A DNA stretch of 32,000 nt from Candidatus Kuenenia stuttgartensis (GTDB taxonomy: Bacteria > Planctomycetota > Brocadiia > Brocadiales > Brocadiaceae): assembly GCF_900232105.1 (NCBI RefSeq), contig NZ_LT934425.1, positions 1,860,001-1,892,000 on the forward strand, in the 5' to 3' direction. The notes under the pieces were generated by a model that was not told the DNA's origin, did no database searches, and saw only the letters and a program-made list of their open reading frames with translations. The translations under genes and the position numbers were made by a program. Positions 19,083-28,221 of this stretch are shown here, in pieces. Numbering within the stretch: position 1 is the stretch's first letter; each line of letters begins with the position of its first letter.

Positions 19083-20081
19083 TTATAACAGGGCTTTTTT
19101 TCTGATAAACCGGTGAAATACAATAGAAATAGTGAAGATAACAGTTGCAACAACTACAAGGTACGCTTCCAGCACAACAAAGGGATGCAATACTTCTTTT
19201 TCATCCATTTCCACAAGGAGAAACCATTTCACATCCCTTAAACCGTCAAGGGGTGTATATGCGCTGATCACGGGAAGGTTGCGATAATCCTTCACTCGTT
19301 GTATATAGGTATTGCCAAGAATGACATCCCGCGAAGATTTTGTGTCTATTTTCATTTTTAAAATAGTATTTTCCCTGAGAAATCTTGACTTTGTTCTCAT
19401 TAATTTGTCTTCGCCAATAATATAAATCTCTCCTGTTTTTCCTAATCCTTCCGATTGTGACACAATAGCGTCAAGTTTCGAATAGGGTATTTCAACAATA
19501 ATTACCCCTAAAAATGTAGTGGCATTATCAAAAACAGGGCAGGCGCCAATGCACATGAAGTCTCTCGTTTTCTCGTTAAAGGTTATATCTGAAAAATGAA
19601 GGCGTGTTAACCCTTCAGTGAAGACTTCATTGAGTGTCGTTGAAACAAAATGACTGCTTTTTAAATTTTCTCCACGAAACGATTCGCCTTTTACTCCATA
19701 GACAACAAATCCCTCTGCATCCACGAGGTATATGTTTTGGAGGCCATGCTGCGTCAAAAAATGCATAAAAAGGTATCCATAATCCCTTTCTGCTTGTTTA
19801 TAACGGGGATCACCAAAACCGCCTTCCTTAAACGCGGCGGCAAAAACCGGTAAACTCTGCATAATGAGCGGATTTTTGGAGAGGATATTAATGTCACCGT
19901 ACCGTTCACGGAAAAAGCTCTGTATCTGTGTTTTTTTAATTTCCCGAACGGAAAAGAGGTGGTTCTGAACCTGTTTTCGAAGCCCAGACCCAAGGATTTT
20001 AAAGGAGAGCAACCCCATAGCAATCAAAAACGTAATTATCGCTATTATAACAGTTAAAAGTGTTTTATTTACAGAGTTCAA
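19083..20081 (-). CDS. membrane-bound Cache-type extracytoplasmic sensor domain protein without output domain
   Basis: The order is TM1 (LLTVIIAIITFLIAMGLL), then about 270 aa with Cache-like features (LFSVREIKKTQIQSFF..., VDAEGFVVYG, GEIYIIGEDKLMR, VISAYTPL), then TM2. It ends 10 residues after TM2 (HRFIRKKALL). The start is TTG with no SD, so the start is uncertain. Confidence 0.65.
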   Translation of the reverse strand: MNSVNKTLLTVIIAIITFLIAMGLLSFKILGSGLRKQVQNHLFSVREIKKTQIQSFFRERYGDINILSKNPLIMQSLPVFAAAFKEGGFGDPRYKQAERDYGYLFMHFLTQHGLQNIYLVDAEGFVVYGVKGESFRGENLKSSHFVSTTLNEVFTEGLTRLHFSDITFNEKTRDFMCIGACPVFDNATTFLGVIIVEIPYSKLDAIVSQSEGLGKTGEIYIIGEDKLMRTKSRFLRENTILKMKIDTKSSRDVILGNTYIQRVKDYRNLPVISAYTPLDGLRDVKWFLLVEMDEKEVLHPFVVLEAYLVVVATVIFTISIVFHRFIRKKALL

Positions 20082-20254
20082 GGTAATTAATGAATGAAAA
20101 AAGGTGTATGGGCATGAGTATTCTGTGAAATCTGTAATAACAATAAATTAACGATAGATAAAATTCCAGATTTTTTCAGATATTCCAGGTAAAATACTAT
20201 GTCGGTCATACGTTTTGACCGTATATCAATGTTACTATTAAACAGTTTTGCAAA

Positions 20255-20746
20255 ATGAATATTTGGGAAATAATACTATTTGCCGTATCAATGGTTATCA
20301 TGATTGCGGGCATGCTGGGTATTGTGCTTCCAATACTCCCCAGTATCCCGTTAATTTGGTTCGGGGCTTTTTTTTATGCCGTCTTCACGGGTTTCAGCGA
20401 AATAACGTGGAAACTGTTGTTGCTATTTGCTCTGTTAACGGTATTTTCCATAGTTATCGAAAACATAGGCAATGTGTACGGCGCCAGGAGATTCGGCGCT
20501 ACGAAATGGGGGATTGCAGGGTCGATCATGGGCAGCGTTGCAGGGTTTTTCTGGGCAGGGGCAATTGGATTAATTGTAGGGCCTGTTATCGGCACCATTA
20601 TTTTTGAAATAATTGGCGGGAAAAATTACGCAGGCGCTATGAAATCAGGCCTGGGTAATTTTATCGGTTTTGTTGGCGGAACCCTGATGAAAGGGATTAT
20701 TGGAACGACAATGATCGTTATTTTTGTATGGAAGGTTTTTGGCTAA
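20255..20746 (+). CDS. DUF456-family small membrane protein
   Basis: It has four TM segments with GMLGIVLPILPSIPLIW, YGARRFGATKWG and GLIVGPVIGTIIFE. This pattern matches DUF456 as I recall it. Confidence 0.7.
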   Translation: MNIWEIILFAVSMVIMIAGMLGIVLPILPSIPLIWFGAFFYAVFTGFSEITWKLLLLFALLTVFSIVIENIGNVYGARRFGATKWGIAGSIMGSVAGFFWAGAIGLIVGPVIGTIIFEIIGGKNYAGAMKSGLGNFIGFVGGTLMKGIIGTTMIVIFVWKVFG

Positions 20747-20770
20747 GAAAACCACCTCCCCTTGCCAACG

Positions 20771-22567
20771 TTATTTGCCATCAAAAGCGGCTGACGGTTT
20801 TTCTTGTTTTTGCGGCAATATGACCGTAAAGGTACTCCCCTTGCCGACCGTACTTTTCAGTTTAATGGCGCCATTATGAAGGTTTACTATATGTTTGACG
20901 ATAGAAAGACCTAACCCTGTTCCGCCCATTTCCCTTGAACGTGCCGGGTCTATCCGGTAAAACCTCTCAAAAATACGGGGAATATGCTCGTGTGGTATTC
21001 CGATACCCGTATCTGAAACTTCAATTTGTATTGTTTCCTCCGCCGGAGAGATTGAAAGCCTGATGTCCCCGCTCTCGTGCGTATATTTTATTGCATTGTC
21101 AAGAAGGTTTGTCAGTAGCTGCCTTAAAAGGTATTCATTTGATTCTACAGTGGGGAGGTTTTGTGAGATGTGCAGGCGAAACGATTGTTTCTTTTCCTCG
21201 CAGTGTTCCTTGTAGGTGTGCAATATATCCTCAATACACTCATATATGTTTAATTCATGAAGCTCCATTTTCAATTCGTTCGTTTCCAGCTTTGAGAGTT
21301 CCAAAATATCTTTAATCAAATTATCAAGTCTTTGTGTATGTTTCATAATAACTTTCAAACTGTTATACGTATGCCCGCCCCCAGCGGCATAGTTTTCCAA
21401 CAGCGTTTCCACATATCCCCTGATTGAGGTAAGAGGTGTCCTTAATTCGTGAGAAACATTGGCGACAAACTCCTTCCTGGTGTTTTCCAATTTTCTTAAA
21501 TCAGTAATGTCGTGGAATACAATGAGAATTCCTATGGTATTATTGTCTTTTTGAAGCAGGGAAAACTGCGTCTGAAGCAGCTTTTTCTTTGGGGAAGCGT
21601 ATTCTATTTCTGTCGTAAATCCGGTATTGGTTTTCATTGTCTGTTTTACCAGTATTTGCAGCGTTTCATTTCTTATCCTTTCCCACAAATAATCCCTGCC
21701 AGGCGTTATCTCTGCTATGCCAAAAAATGTCATTGCCGTATTGTTTATAAGCAAAATCCTTTCCTGTAAATCCACCACTATGATGGCGTCGTTCATATTA
21801 TTTATGATAGCCGTCAACCTTTTTTCACTATCGGAAATTATTTGTTGTTGCGCCTGCAAACGGTTTCCCATCGTATTAACTGCTTTGGCAAGTTCCTTCG
21901 TACCATTCCGGGAAGAAATATCCGCCCTCATCGTAAAATCACCCCGGAGAAAATCCATGGCAATTCCGGTAATTTCTGCTACCGGGGAAAGGATTCGTTC
22001 GATAATGATGAATCCTATGGCAGCACTAACAGCAAAAAGAATTAAAAGGCACACGGTAATTTTTTTTGAAACAGCGGAGATCGCGGCGTGAGCGTGTTCA
22101 AAAGGGGAAATAACGACAAGGAGTTTTATATCCACATCAGGAATAGCAATAGGTAAAGATATGCGTGATACCCGGTGTAATTTATCGTGAAATATAGTGT
22201 TTTCCCCGCCGCTAAGCAGGCGTGCGAGAACGTTATCCTCCGTGAATGTTTCCGGTATATTTTTATTTAAGGAAGTATAGGCAACACTTCCGGCAGCATC
22301 CGTGATAACAATGCCGACCTTGAGTAAATTACCGATATCTTCACAGGCAGAAACAATCTTTCCCCTGTCGTTTCCCTGCAGCACGTTTTTCAAAGAATTA
22401 TATACTGCAGATGATTTTGAAAGAATATTTTCGTCGAGAAGGGTTACATGATGCGATTTCAGTGTTCTGTGAACGTAATAAAAGGCGGAGAAGAAACAAA
22501 CGGATAACAGTAAAAAAAGGAGGAAACATGCTTTAAAAACCGGCTTGTGTTTCAACATGCTTGCCAT
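20771..22567 (-). CDS. sensor histidine kinase, PhoR-like (2 TM, HAMP, PAS, HisKA, HATPase_c)
   Basis: H-box FVANVSHELRTPLTSIRGY, N-box LLDNAIKYT, G-boxes DTGIGIP and GGTGLGLSIVK, and a PAS-like segment LTAIINNMNDAIIVVD are present. It overlaps the upstream response-regulator gene by 16 nt. Confidence 0.92.
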   Translation of the reverse strand: MASMLKHKPVFKACFLLFLLLSVCFFSAFYYVHRTLKSHHVTLLDENILSKSSAVYNSLKNVLQGNDRGKIVSACEDIGNLLKVGIVITDAAGSVAYTSLNKNIPETFTEDNVLARLLSGGENTIFHDKLHRVSRISLPIAIPDVDIKLLVVISPFEHAHAAISAVSKKITVCLLILFAVSAAIGFIIIERILSPVAEITGIAMDFLRGDFTMRADISSRNGTKELAKAVNTMGNRLQAQQQIISDSEKRLTAIINNMNDAIIVVDLQERILLINNTAMTFFGIAEITPGRDYLWERIRNETLQILVKQTMKTNTGFTTEIEYASPKKKLLQTQFSLLQKDNNTIGILIVFHDITDLRKLENTRKEFVANVSHELRTPLTSIRGYVETLLENYAAGGGHTYNSLKVIMKHTQRLDNLIKDILELSKLETNELKMELHELNIYECIEDILHTYKEHCEEKKQSFRLHISQNLPTVESNEYLLRQLLTNLLDNAIKYTHESGDIRLSISPAEETIQIEVSDTGIGIPHEHIPRIFERFYRIDPARSREMGGTGLGLSIVKHIVNLHNGAIKLKSTVGKGSTFTVILPQKQEKPSAAFDGK

Positions 22568-23268
22568 TCCATGAATTTGTATCCAATGCCTCGTATCGTT
22601 ATGATGTGGTTTTTAAACGACTTCAGTTTTTTTCGCAGGGACGCTATATGAACATCAATCGTCCTGTCAATAATAATTGTTTCCACTCCGGCGATTGCAT
22701 CAATCAATTGGTCCCTGGTAAATACGCGGCCCGGTTTGCCTGCCAATTGACACAATAGTTTGAATTCGGTAAGTGTCAGGGGGATGACATCGTGTCCGAT
22801 TTTTACTTCATAGTTGTCCATGTTAATTTTCAGATCGCCTATTTCTAACAATTCCTTTTTAAAGGAAGCATTCTTTGTGCGTCTTAGTACGGAATGTACC
22901 CGCGCTACGAGTTCCTTCGGGCTGAATGGCTTTGTAACATAATCGTCTGCTCCGAGTTTGAGGCCGCGTGTTATATCGTCTTCTTCTCCCCTGGCGGTCA
23001 ACATGATTATGGCAGCATCGGACAATGCTTCATCTGACTTTAAACGCTTGCATACTTCCAGACCGTTCATTCCGGGAAGCATAATATCCAGGATGATAAG
23101 CGCCGGCCGTTCCGATTTCGACAACTCAAGCGCTGCCTCGCCATCCAAGGCGGTAATCGTTTTGTAACCATCCTTTTCCAGATGGTACATAATAAGGTTT
23201 ACAATATCCCGTTCATCATCTACGATCAGTATGGTTTCATTCATTTGCGCAAGACTGCTCGTTTTCAT
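22552..23268 (-). CDS. OmpR/PhoB-family DNA-binding response regulator
   Basis: The receiver domain has ILIVDDE, ILDIMLPGMNG and KPF. The winged helix has LTLTEFKLLCQLA and RTIDVHIASLRKKL...IRGIGYKF. An alternative start ATG at 23244 (MNETILIVDDE) would overlap the upstream stop as ATGAATGA. Confidence 0.92.
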   Translation of the reverse strand: MKTSSLAQMNETILIVDDERDIVNLIMYHLEKDGYKTITALDGEAALELSKSERPALIILDIMLPGMNGLEVCKRLKSDEALSDAAIIMLTARGEEDDITRGLKLGADDYVTKPFSPKELVARVHSVLRRTKNASFKKELLEIGDLKINMDNYEVKIGHDVIPLTLTEFKLLCQLAGKPGRVFTRDQLIDAIAGVETIIIDRTIDVHIASLRKKLKSFKNHIITIRGIGYKFMEWQAC

Positions 23269-23824
23269 TTCGATAATAATAATAGTACACTATTTGTGCA
23301 AACGTCTCTAAAGTGGCAGCTCCTTTTCCAAGGGTAGTAAGATATTCTTTAAAGGCGGGTATATTTTTAAAATTTTCTGACACATAATGCGCCACAAATG
23401 TTTCTGCGGAAAGAAAGTTTAGTTCAGGCCCCTTATCTTCGGGGCTCTGATAGATTTTAAACGCCACAATATCGGTAATTTTTTTTAAGTCGGTGTCTTT
23501 TGCCGTAGAGATAAGATTTTTTACCACCTCAAAGTCAAGGAAATGATTCTCCCTGTAATATTCATAAATTATATCTGCGAACTGATGAACAGACAATATT
23601 CCTTTGCTAAGATGTGACAGCCTTTCCCGGAAGGAAGGAATGTCGGGAAAATTTTCTGATATGTATTGGACGATAGCATCAATCGCGGCAATGTAGTTCG
23701 CTTTTTCCCCAAGATTTTCCTGGCTCTCATATATTTTGTATGCCACGAGTTCCGTTATTTTTTTGAGCGCAACATCTTTTTTGCCGGAAAGAGCATTTTT
23801 AAGCAATTGTTTATCGATGGTCAT
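23237..23824 (-). CDS. hypothetical cytoplasmic protein made of two tandem helical repeats of about 80-90 aa each, first gene of the two-component operon
   Basis: AAGGAAA SD precedes the ATG. The two halves align: LKKITELVAYKIYESQEN.G...YISENFPDIPSFRERL..L.KG...FADIIYEYYREN versus LKKITDIVAFKIYQSPED.G...YVSENFKNIPAFKEYL..LGKG...FAQIVYYYYYRN. I recognise no family. Confidence 0.6.
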   Translation of the reverse strand: MTIDKQLLKNALSGKKDVALKKITELVAYKIYESQENLGEKANYIAAIDAIVQYISENFPDIPSFRERLSHLSKGILSVHQFADIIYEYYRENHFLDFEVVKNLISTAKDTDLKKITDIVAFKIYQSPEDKGPELNFLSAETFVAHYVSENFKNIPAFKEYLTTLGKGAATLETFAQIVYYYYYRNENEQSCANE

Positions 23825-24078
23825 GTATTTTCCTTTGAGAAAGAAAACGGATAATTTTGTACTTGGACAAGATAAGGATATGTTTTAAAATATTGGAACA
23901 AATGTGGCAACAATAAAATTGGCAAAATAAAAGAAAGGGGTACGGTTAATTGCGTAATTTGCCACATTAATACATACCGTACAAAGGTAGTTGGTGTTTT
24001 AGAAAACGAAACGGTTGCATAGGGATTGACGCAATGTTTCTTTAACAGAGTACACATAATACAGGGTGGATTGTTCAA

Positions 24079-24522
24079 ATGAAAACAGAATCAAAAAAAA
24101 GGGCGCTTTCACCAATAAAACTGCCCAAATATAACTTCACCCTCCGTGCTCCTGAATTTCAGAGGGAGGGGGAAGAGTTTATTGTCTGGTTTTTCGAAGG
24201 GATCATTGAAAAGGTACCGGATTATGTTGAGTGTCTTATGTATTTAGGCAATGCTTACACTGAAACGGGCAGGTACGAAAAGGGTCTTCTGATTGACCTG
24301 AAACTGTGCCGCCTGCGAAAAGATGACCCGTTTGTGCATTACAATCTGGCATGCAGTTATGCGTTGCTTAAAAATACAGAAGAAGCGTTTATTGCACTGG
24401 AAAAGGCAATAGATTTGGGCTACAACGATATTTACTATATTAAAAACGACAAAGACCTTGCGGTTCTCAGAAAAGACCTTCGGTATAAAAACCTGTTAAA
24501 AAAAATCTCAAAAAAGGCATAG
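24079..24522 (+). CDS. small TPR-repeat protein
   Basis: TPR-like units are present (CLMYLGNAYTETGRYEKGL; HYNLACSYALLKNTEEAFIALEKAIDLGY). They are followed by the DKDLAVLRKDLRYKNLL ending common at the end of TPR arrays. Confidence 0.65.
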   Translation: MKTESKKRALSPIKLPKYNFTLRAPEFQREGEEFIVWFFEGIIEKVPDYVECLMYLGNAYTETGRYEKGLLIDLKLCRLRKDDPFVHYNLACSYALLKNTEEAFIALEKAIDLGYNDIYYIKNDKDLAVLRKDLRYKNLLKKISKKA

Positions 24523-24642
24523 TTTCAAGAACAGGAAAAGTAGTATCAAAGTAGTTTTTTAGGGTGCATTCCCGATTTTTTGTAAATATTTGCGAATATC
24601 TGTCGGTTGACAGATATTGTATTAGAAGCATCTTGCTTGATT

Positions 24643-24690
24643 AACCCTGACAGGGTTCGGAACCCTGTCAGGGTTGTTTTTTTTATTTTC
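24643..24690 (+). terminator. rho-independent terminator downstream of the small TPR gene
   Basis: AACCCTGACAGGGTT (24643-24657), loop CGG, then AACCCTGTCAGGGTT (24661-24675) give a 15-bp perfect stem. It is followed by GTTTTTTTTATTTT. Confidence 0.8.
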
Positions 24691-24759
24691 AAGCTATGAA
24701 GGCAGGATTGGTTACCATAAAAATTTATCCGTACCGCATGAGTGGCCCGTTCCTGCTCC

Positions 24760-25524
24760 TTATTCCCTCTCCCGCCAGGCCTTGTACGCACATTGAATAC
24801 CTTCCAGCGTAAGGTGCGGTGTTATGGAAGCGATTGACGGTATCTCCCGCGCCAGTATAGGTGCGCTTCCCCCTGTTGCAATGATCGCCGGTGTATCGCG
24901 GAGTTCCTTGCAAATGAGTTCAATGTATTGTTTTACCATTCCGATTGCGCCCCAGTAAATTCCTGACCGTATCGCTTCGACGGTGTTTCTGCCTAAAATA
25001 GTATCAGGTTTTTTCGTGATGGATACTTCTGGCAGCAGAGCAGTAGCATGGTGTAATGCCTTTGAAGAAATAGCCATGCCGGGAGCAATAATACCGCCGA
25101 GAAAGGCGCCGTGATTATTTATAACATCAACGGTAATTGCAGTGCCGGCGTCAATTATTATTGCCGAATCATGGAATCGTTCATATGCGGCAACCGCATT
25201 CAGCAATCTGTCGGCGCCAATTTTTTCCGGGTACTCTGCAAAAACAGACAAAGGAACGGGAATATCTTTTCCGATTTTTTGGGGTGACACATGTAACCGG
25301 GTTTTTATGCATTCGAAGAGAACCTCTTCTGGTTTTGGGTTTACGGAGGAAATAATCACGGCAGAAACACTGTTTTTGAGAGAACAAGTGGATATTGCTT
25401 TTGCGAGGCTATCATGCAGCATATGCGGCTCGCTGCTGCTGAGGGAAAAGGATGAGCGTAAAACATCCCCCTCAAAAACTCCGGCGTGGATGTTCGTATT
25501 GCCAATATCAATTGCCAGCCACAT
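24760..25524 (-). CDS. coaX: type III pantothenate kinase
   Basis: It has MWLAIDIGNTNIHAGVF at the N-terminus, IIDAGTAITVD, and GGIIAPG. Length (254 aa) and motifs are typical of CoaX. Confidence 0.9.
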   Translation of the reverse strand: MWLAIDIGNTNIHAGVFEGDVLRSSFSLSSSEPHMLHDSLAKAISTCSLKNSVSAVIISSVNPKPEEVLFECIKTRLHVSPQKIGKDIPVPLSVFAEYPEKIGADRLLNAVAAYERFHDSAIIIDAGTAITVDVINNHGAFLGGIIAPGMAISSKALHHATALLPEVSITKKPDTILGRNTVEAIRSGIYWGAIGMVKQYIELICKELRDTPAIIATGGSAPILAREIPSIASITPHLTLEGIQCAYKAWRERE

Positions 25525-25538
25525 GGCGCCGCTCCCGA

Positions 25539-26543
25539 TTAAGCAGTGTCTTTTTGTAATGTTTTGGACAACAAATAAATCAGGCTACTCAAATTTTTTC
25601 CAGTTATTGTTGAGACGGGGCAGACAGGGTGGGAAATATTTTCTTCAAGCTTTTTAATGCATGCAGCGCCAGTTTCTTCGTCAAGGAGGTCCATTTTATT
25701 CGCAACAACAATTTCGGTTTTTTCCGTGAGTTTTGGATTGTACTGTTTTAATTCATTACGGATGATACGGTATGCCTCTAACGGGTCTTTTTCCGGGAAA
25801 ACAGAGGCGTCCAGCATGTGTACCAGCACCTTTGTTCTTTCAATATGCCGTAAAAATTCGTCTCCAAGCCCTATGCCTTTATGTGCGCCTTCTATGAGGC
25901 CGGGGATATCTGCGACGATAAAGCGCCGGAAGTTTTCTATTTCTACAACACCCAGTTGTGGCTGTAATGTGGTAAAGGGATAATCTGCTATTTTGGGCCT
26001 TGCCTTGGAAATACGGGAGAGCAATGTAGATTTTCCCGCGTTTGGCATACCAATAAGACCGGCGTCCGCAAAAAGTTTTAGCTCTAAAATCAGCCATCGT
26101 GCCTCGCCGGGCTGCCCATCTTCTGCCTCACGGGGGACGCGGTTCGTTGCGGTGGCAAAATGCTTGTTCCCCCTACCGCCCTTTCCGCCTCTGGCGATGA
26201 CTATGCTTTCTCCGGCAGTGCTCATGTCCTTCAGGATACGGTCGCTCTCTTTGTCTTTTATTAAGGTGCCTCGCGGCAATAAGAGGACGATATCTTTTCC
26301 GTCCTTGCCGTTTTTGTTCGATCCTTTTCCGTGGATGCCATTATCTGCAATGTGTTTGACTCTGGAGGTAATGTCTAAAAGGGTTTCTATCTTTTCGCTT
26401 GCCAACAAGATAATATCACCCCCTTTCCCGCCATCGCCTCCGTTTGGGCCGCCATGTGGAACATATTTTTCCCTGCGGAAACTGACGCAGCCGTTTCCCC
26501 CATCCCCGCCTTTTACATAAATAACGGCTTCATCTACAAACAC
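25539..26543 (-). CDS. obg: GTPase Obg/CgtA
   Basis: It has MFVDEA..YVKGGDGGNGCVSFRREKY.P.GGPNGGDGGKGGDI in the glycine-rich Obg fold and the G-domain motifs GMPNAGKST, DIPGLIEGA and NKMD. It uses a GTG start with GGAG upstream. Confidence 0.95.
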   Translation of the reverse strand: MFVDEAVIYVKGGDGGNGCVSFRREKYVPHGGPNGGDGGKGGDIILLASEKIETLLDITSRVKHIADNGIHGKGSNKNGKDGKDIVLLLPRGTLIKDKESDRILKDMSTAGESIVIARGGKGGRGNKHFATATNRVPREAEDGQPGEARWLILELKLFADAGLIGMPNAGKSTLLSRISKARPKIADYPFTTLQPQLGVVEIENFRRFIVADIPGLIEGAHKGIGLGDEFLRHIERTKVLVHMLDASVFPEKDPLEAYRIIRNELKQYNPKLTEKTEIVVANKMDLLDEETGAACIKKLEENISHPVCPVSTITGKNLSSLIYLLSKTLQKDTA

Positions 26544-26720
26544 AATGCGTAACTCCGAAAAAATACAAGGATAAACAAAAAGGATACGTAATCAAAAAAA
26601 CGATATCCCGAAAATAAAAGGTAAAATTTATAGTAATGCTATGGGTTTGCCTGGTTAATACTGTAGAGAGGTCTTAAAATCAGGGGTGATTGATGCACCA
26701 TATCCCGCTCCCCATGTGTT

Positions 26721-27347
26721 TCACTTTCGCAACAGGCTGAAATAGGAAAACAGTTGTTCTTTTTTGGCAGGGGTAATATGTGTTTCTCCCGTTTCCCCGA
26801 TAAGTTCGAATTGACCGCCGAATGCATCTGAAATTTTCTCCGCGTTGTATTGGACAACGTTCAGGCCGCTGCACTTCATTGGGCCGCCAACCGCAAAAGC
26901 GGCAATAATACAATATCCACCAGGCCTCAACGTTTTTCCTAAAATCTCAACATATTTTTCCCGGTCTCCCGGATCTGTCAGAAAATGAAAAACAGCCCGG
27001 TCGTGCCACAGCGAAAATTGCCGGCGAGAAGAAAACTCTGTTATGTCGGTTTCAAACCATTCGACATATTGCGCTTTATTCCCTAATCTGTTCCTGGCGA
27101 AATCAAGTGCTTTTGATGAGATATCCAGCGCCGCCAGCCGCGTGTATCCTTTCTCTAAAAGACGGTCTACCAATACAGACGCACCGCCTCCCACGTCGAT
27201 AACGGGTTCATTTTTTTCCAACTGGCAATTTTCAATCAAGCGCAAGGAAACGGATGGTTCATTTTGATACCAACTAACCTCAAAAGGCGATTTATCCGAA
27301 TACACCCGTTCCCAGTGATCTTTTCTCTTTGTCATATTAAAGGACAT
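26721..27347 (-). CDS. class I SAM-dependent methyltransferase (small soluble, substrate unknown)
   Basis: Motif I is VIDVGGGASVLVDRLLEKGY, followed by LAALDIS. It also has WHDRAVFHFLT and PGGYCIIAAF. The start is 27347 or the in-frame ATG at 27335. Confidence 0.85.
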   Translation of the reverse strand: MSFNMTKRKDHWERVYSDKSPFEVSWYQNEPSVSLRLIENCQLEKNEPVIDVGGGASVLVDRLLEKGYTRLAALDISSKALDFARNRLGNKAQYVEWFETDITEFSSRRQFSLWHDRAVFHFLTDPGDREKYVEILGKTLRPGGYCIIAAFAVGGPMKCSGLNVVQYNAEKISDAFGGQFELIGETGETHITPAKKEQLFSYFSLLRK

Positions 27348-27543
27348 TCAGACATGCTGTAAATCTTTTACGTCACGAATTAACAGGGAAAATGAATTGA
27401 TATAAACGTGTAATTCCCGCACGATTGCCTTCTACTGTACAGCTAAAATGTAGCGTTTTTTTAGTTTAACTCACTTGACCGTTGTGTTGCAACAGGAATT
27501 CTTTGACTGTTCAGTATCGACACATCAACAACCCATCATCGCA

Positions 27544-28158
27544 TTATTCTCTTCTTTGTTTACTTTTAATTCCGGGAAGCCATCTTGGAACCTGCCGGCA
27601 ATACTCTTCGTATTGCTTGCCAAAACGTCCTTTCAGCTCAGGCTCTTCAAAATAAACAACCAATATATGCGCTATTATACTAATCACAATCGCATAAATA
27701 AGTATACCCAGATTAGCAAAGAAGAGAACTTCTCCCCAGATTATCATGAGTTCCGCCAACATAATCGGATTGCGCATAATACGGAAAAACCCATCGGTAA
27801 CAAGATTTTTCGGCGCATCCAACATGAGAGGAGTCCCCCTGCCTTTATGGCTGAAAACCCAAAGACAGTGTATCCACATAACCATACCGGCACATACAAG
27901 AAGCCCTCCGCCCCACATGCCAATTGCCGGAGGAATCGGCGCCTTTACCGTAATTATACGCTGCGCCGCACATGGCAAAACAACCATGAATACTGCAATG
28001 AACAAGAAGGCATTCAACAGCGATTTCCCCCACAATATCACCGTATTCTGTGTCTTGCTTTCCCGTACCCTTGGCCGATACAATTTAAATGCCGCCACCG
28101 CCGTTCCTTTCACGATTCCCGCCGGTACCATTCCCCTGTGATTTTTCCATGCCGGCAA
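27544..28158 (-). CDS. membrane methyltransferase of the isoprenylcysteine carboxyl / phospholipid methyltransferase (ICMT/PEMT) family
   Basis: It has a multi-TM N-terminus and the C-terminal signature GFFRIMRNPIMLAELMIIWG...FEEPELKGRFGKQYEEYCRQVPRWLPG. The 5' end overlaps the displaced tail of the IS-split kinase gene, so the true start may be internal. Confidence 0.75.
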   Translation of the reverse strand: MPAWKNHRGMVPAGIVKGTAVAAFKLYRPRVRESKTQNTVILWGKSLLNAFLFIAVFMVVLPCAAQRIITVKAPIPPAIGMWGGGLLVCAGMVMWIHCLWVFSHKGRGTPLMLDAPKNLVTDGFFRIMRNPIMLAELMIIWGEVLFFANLGILIYAIVISIIAHILVVYFEEPELKGRFGKQYEEYCRQVPRWLPGIKSKQRRE

Positions 28159-28221
28159 GCTTCAATGCCAGGATTACCGCGCCTTTTGCCTGCTCTTCCG
28201 CAAGCAATACCGGCATTGCCC
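28085..28221 (-). pseudogene. displaced 3' fragment of the BadF-type ATPase gene, separated from its body by the IS
   Basis: The minus strand reads G-A-M-P (target duplication) then VLLAEEQAKGAVILALKLAG...GGGGI-stop. This is in the same frame as the GAMP that ends the native part of the gene at 29607-29618. Removing the IS plus one duplicate gives a 1077-nt in-frame ORF. Confidence 0.8.
28211..28221. repeat. target-site duplication, left copy (CGGCATTGCCC)
   Basis: It is identical to the 11-mer at 29607-29617 and directly abuts the left inverted repeat. Confidence 0.85.

Noticed and set aside
23903-23966. Sigma-54-like TGGCA...TTGGCA and an 8-bp inverted repeat TGTGGCAA/TTGCCACA in the divergent promoter region of the two-component operon
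   Set aside because: The GG-to-GC spacing is 16 nt on the plus strand and 10 nt on the minus strand, not the required 12 nt. The inverted-repeat arms are 48 nt apart and short enough to be chance.
25993-26520. 175-aa plus-strand ORF rich in PPFPPSPPF repeats
   Set aside because: It is the mirror image of the glycine-rich GGxGG repeats of Obg on the opposite strand (GGN read backwards gives NCC, Pro codons). It is not an independent gene.
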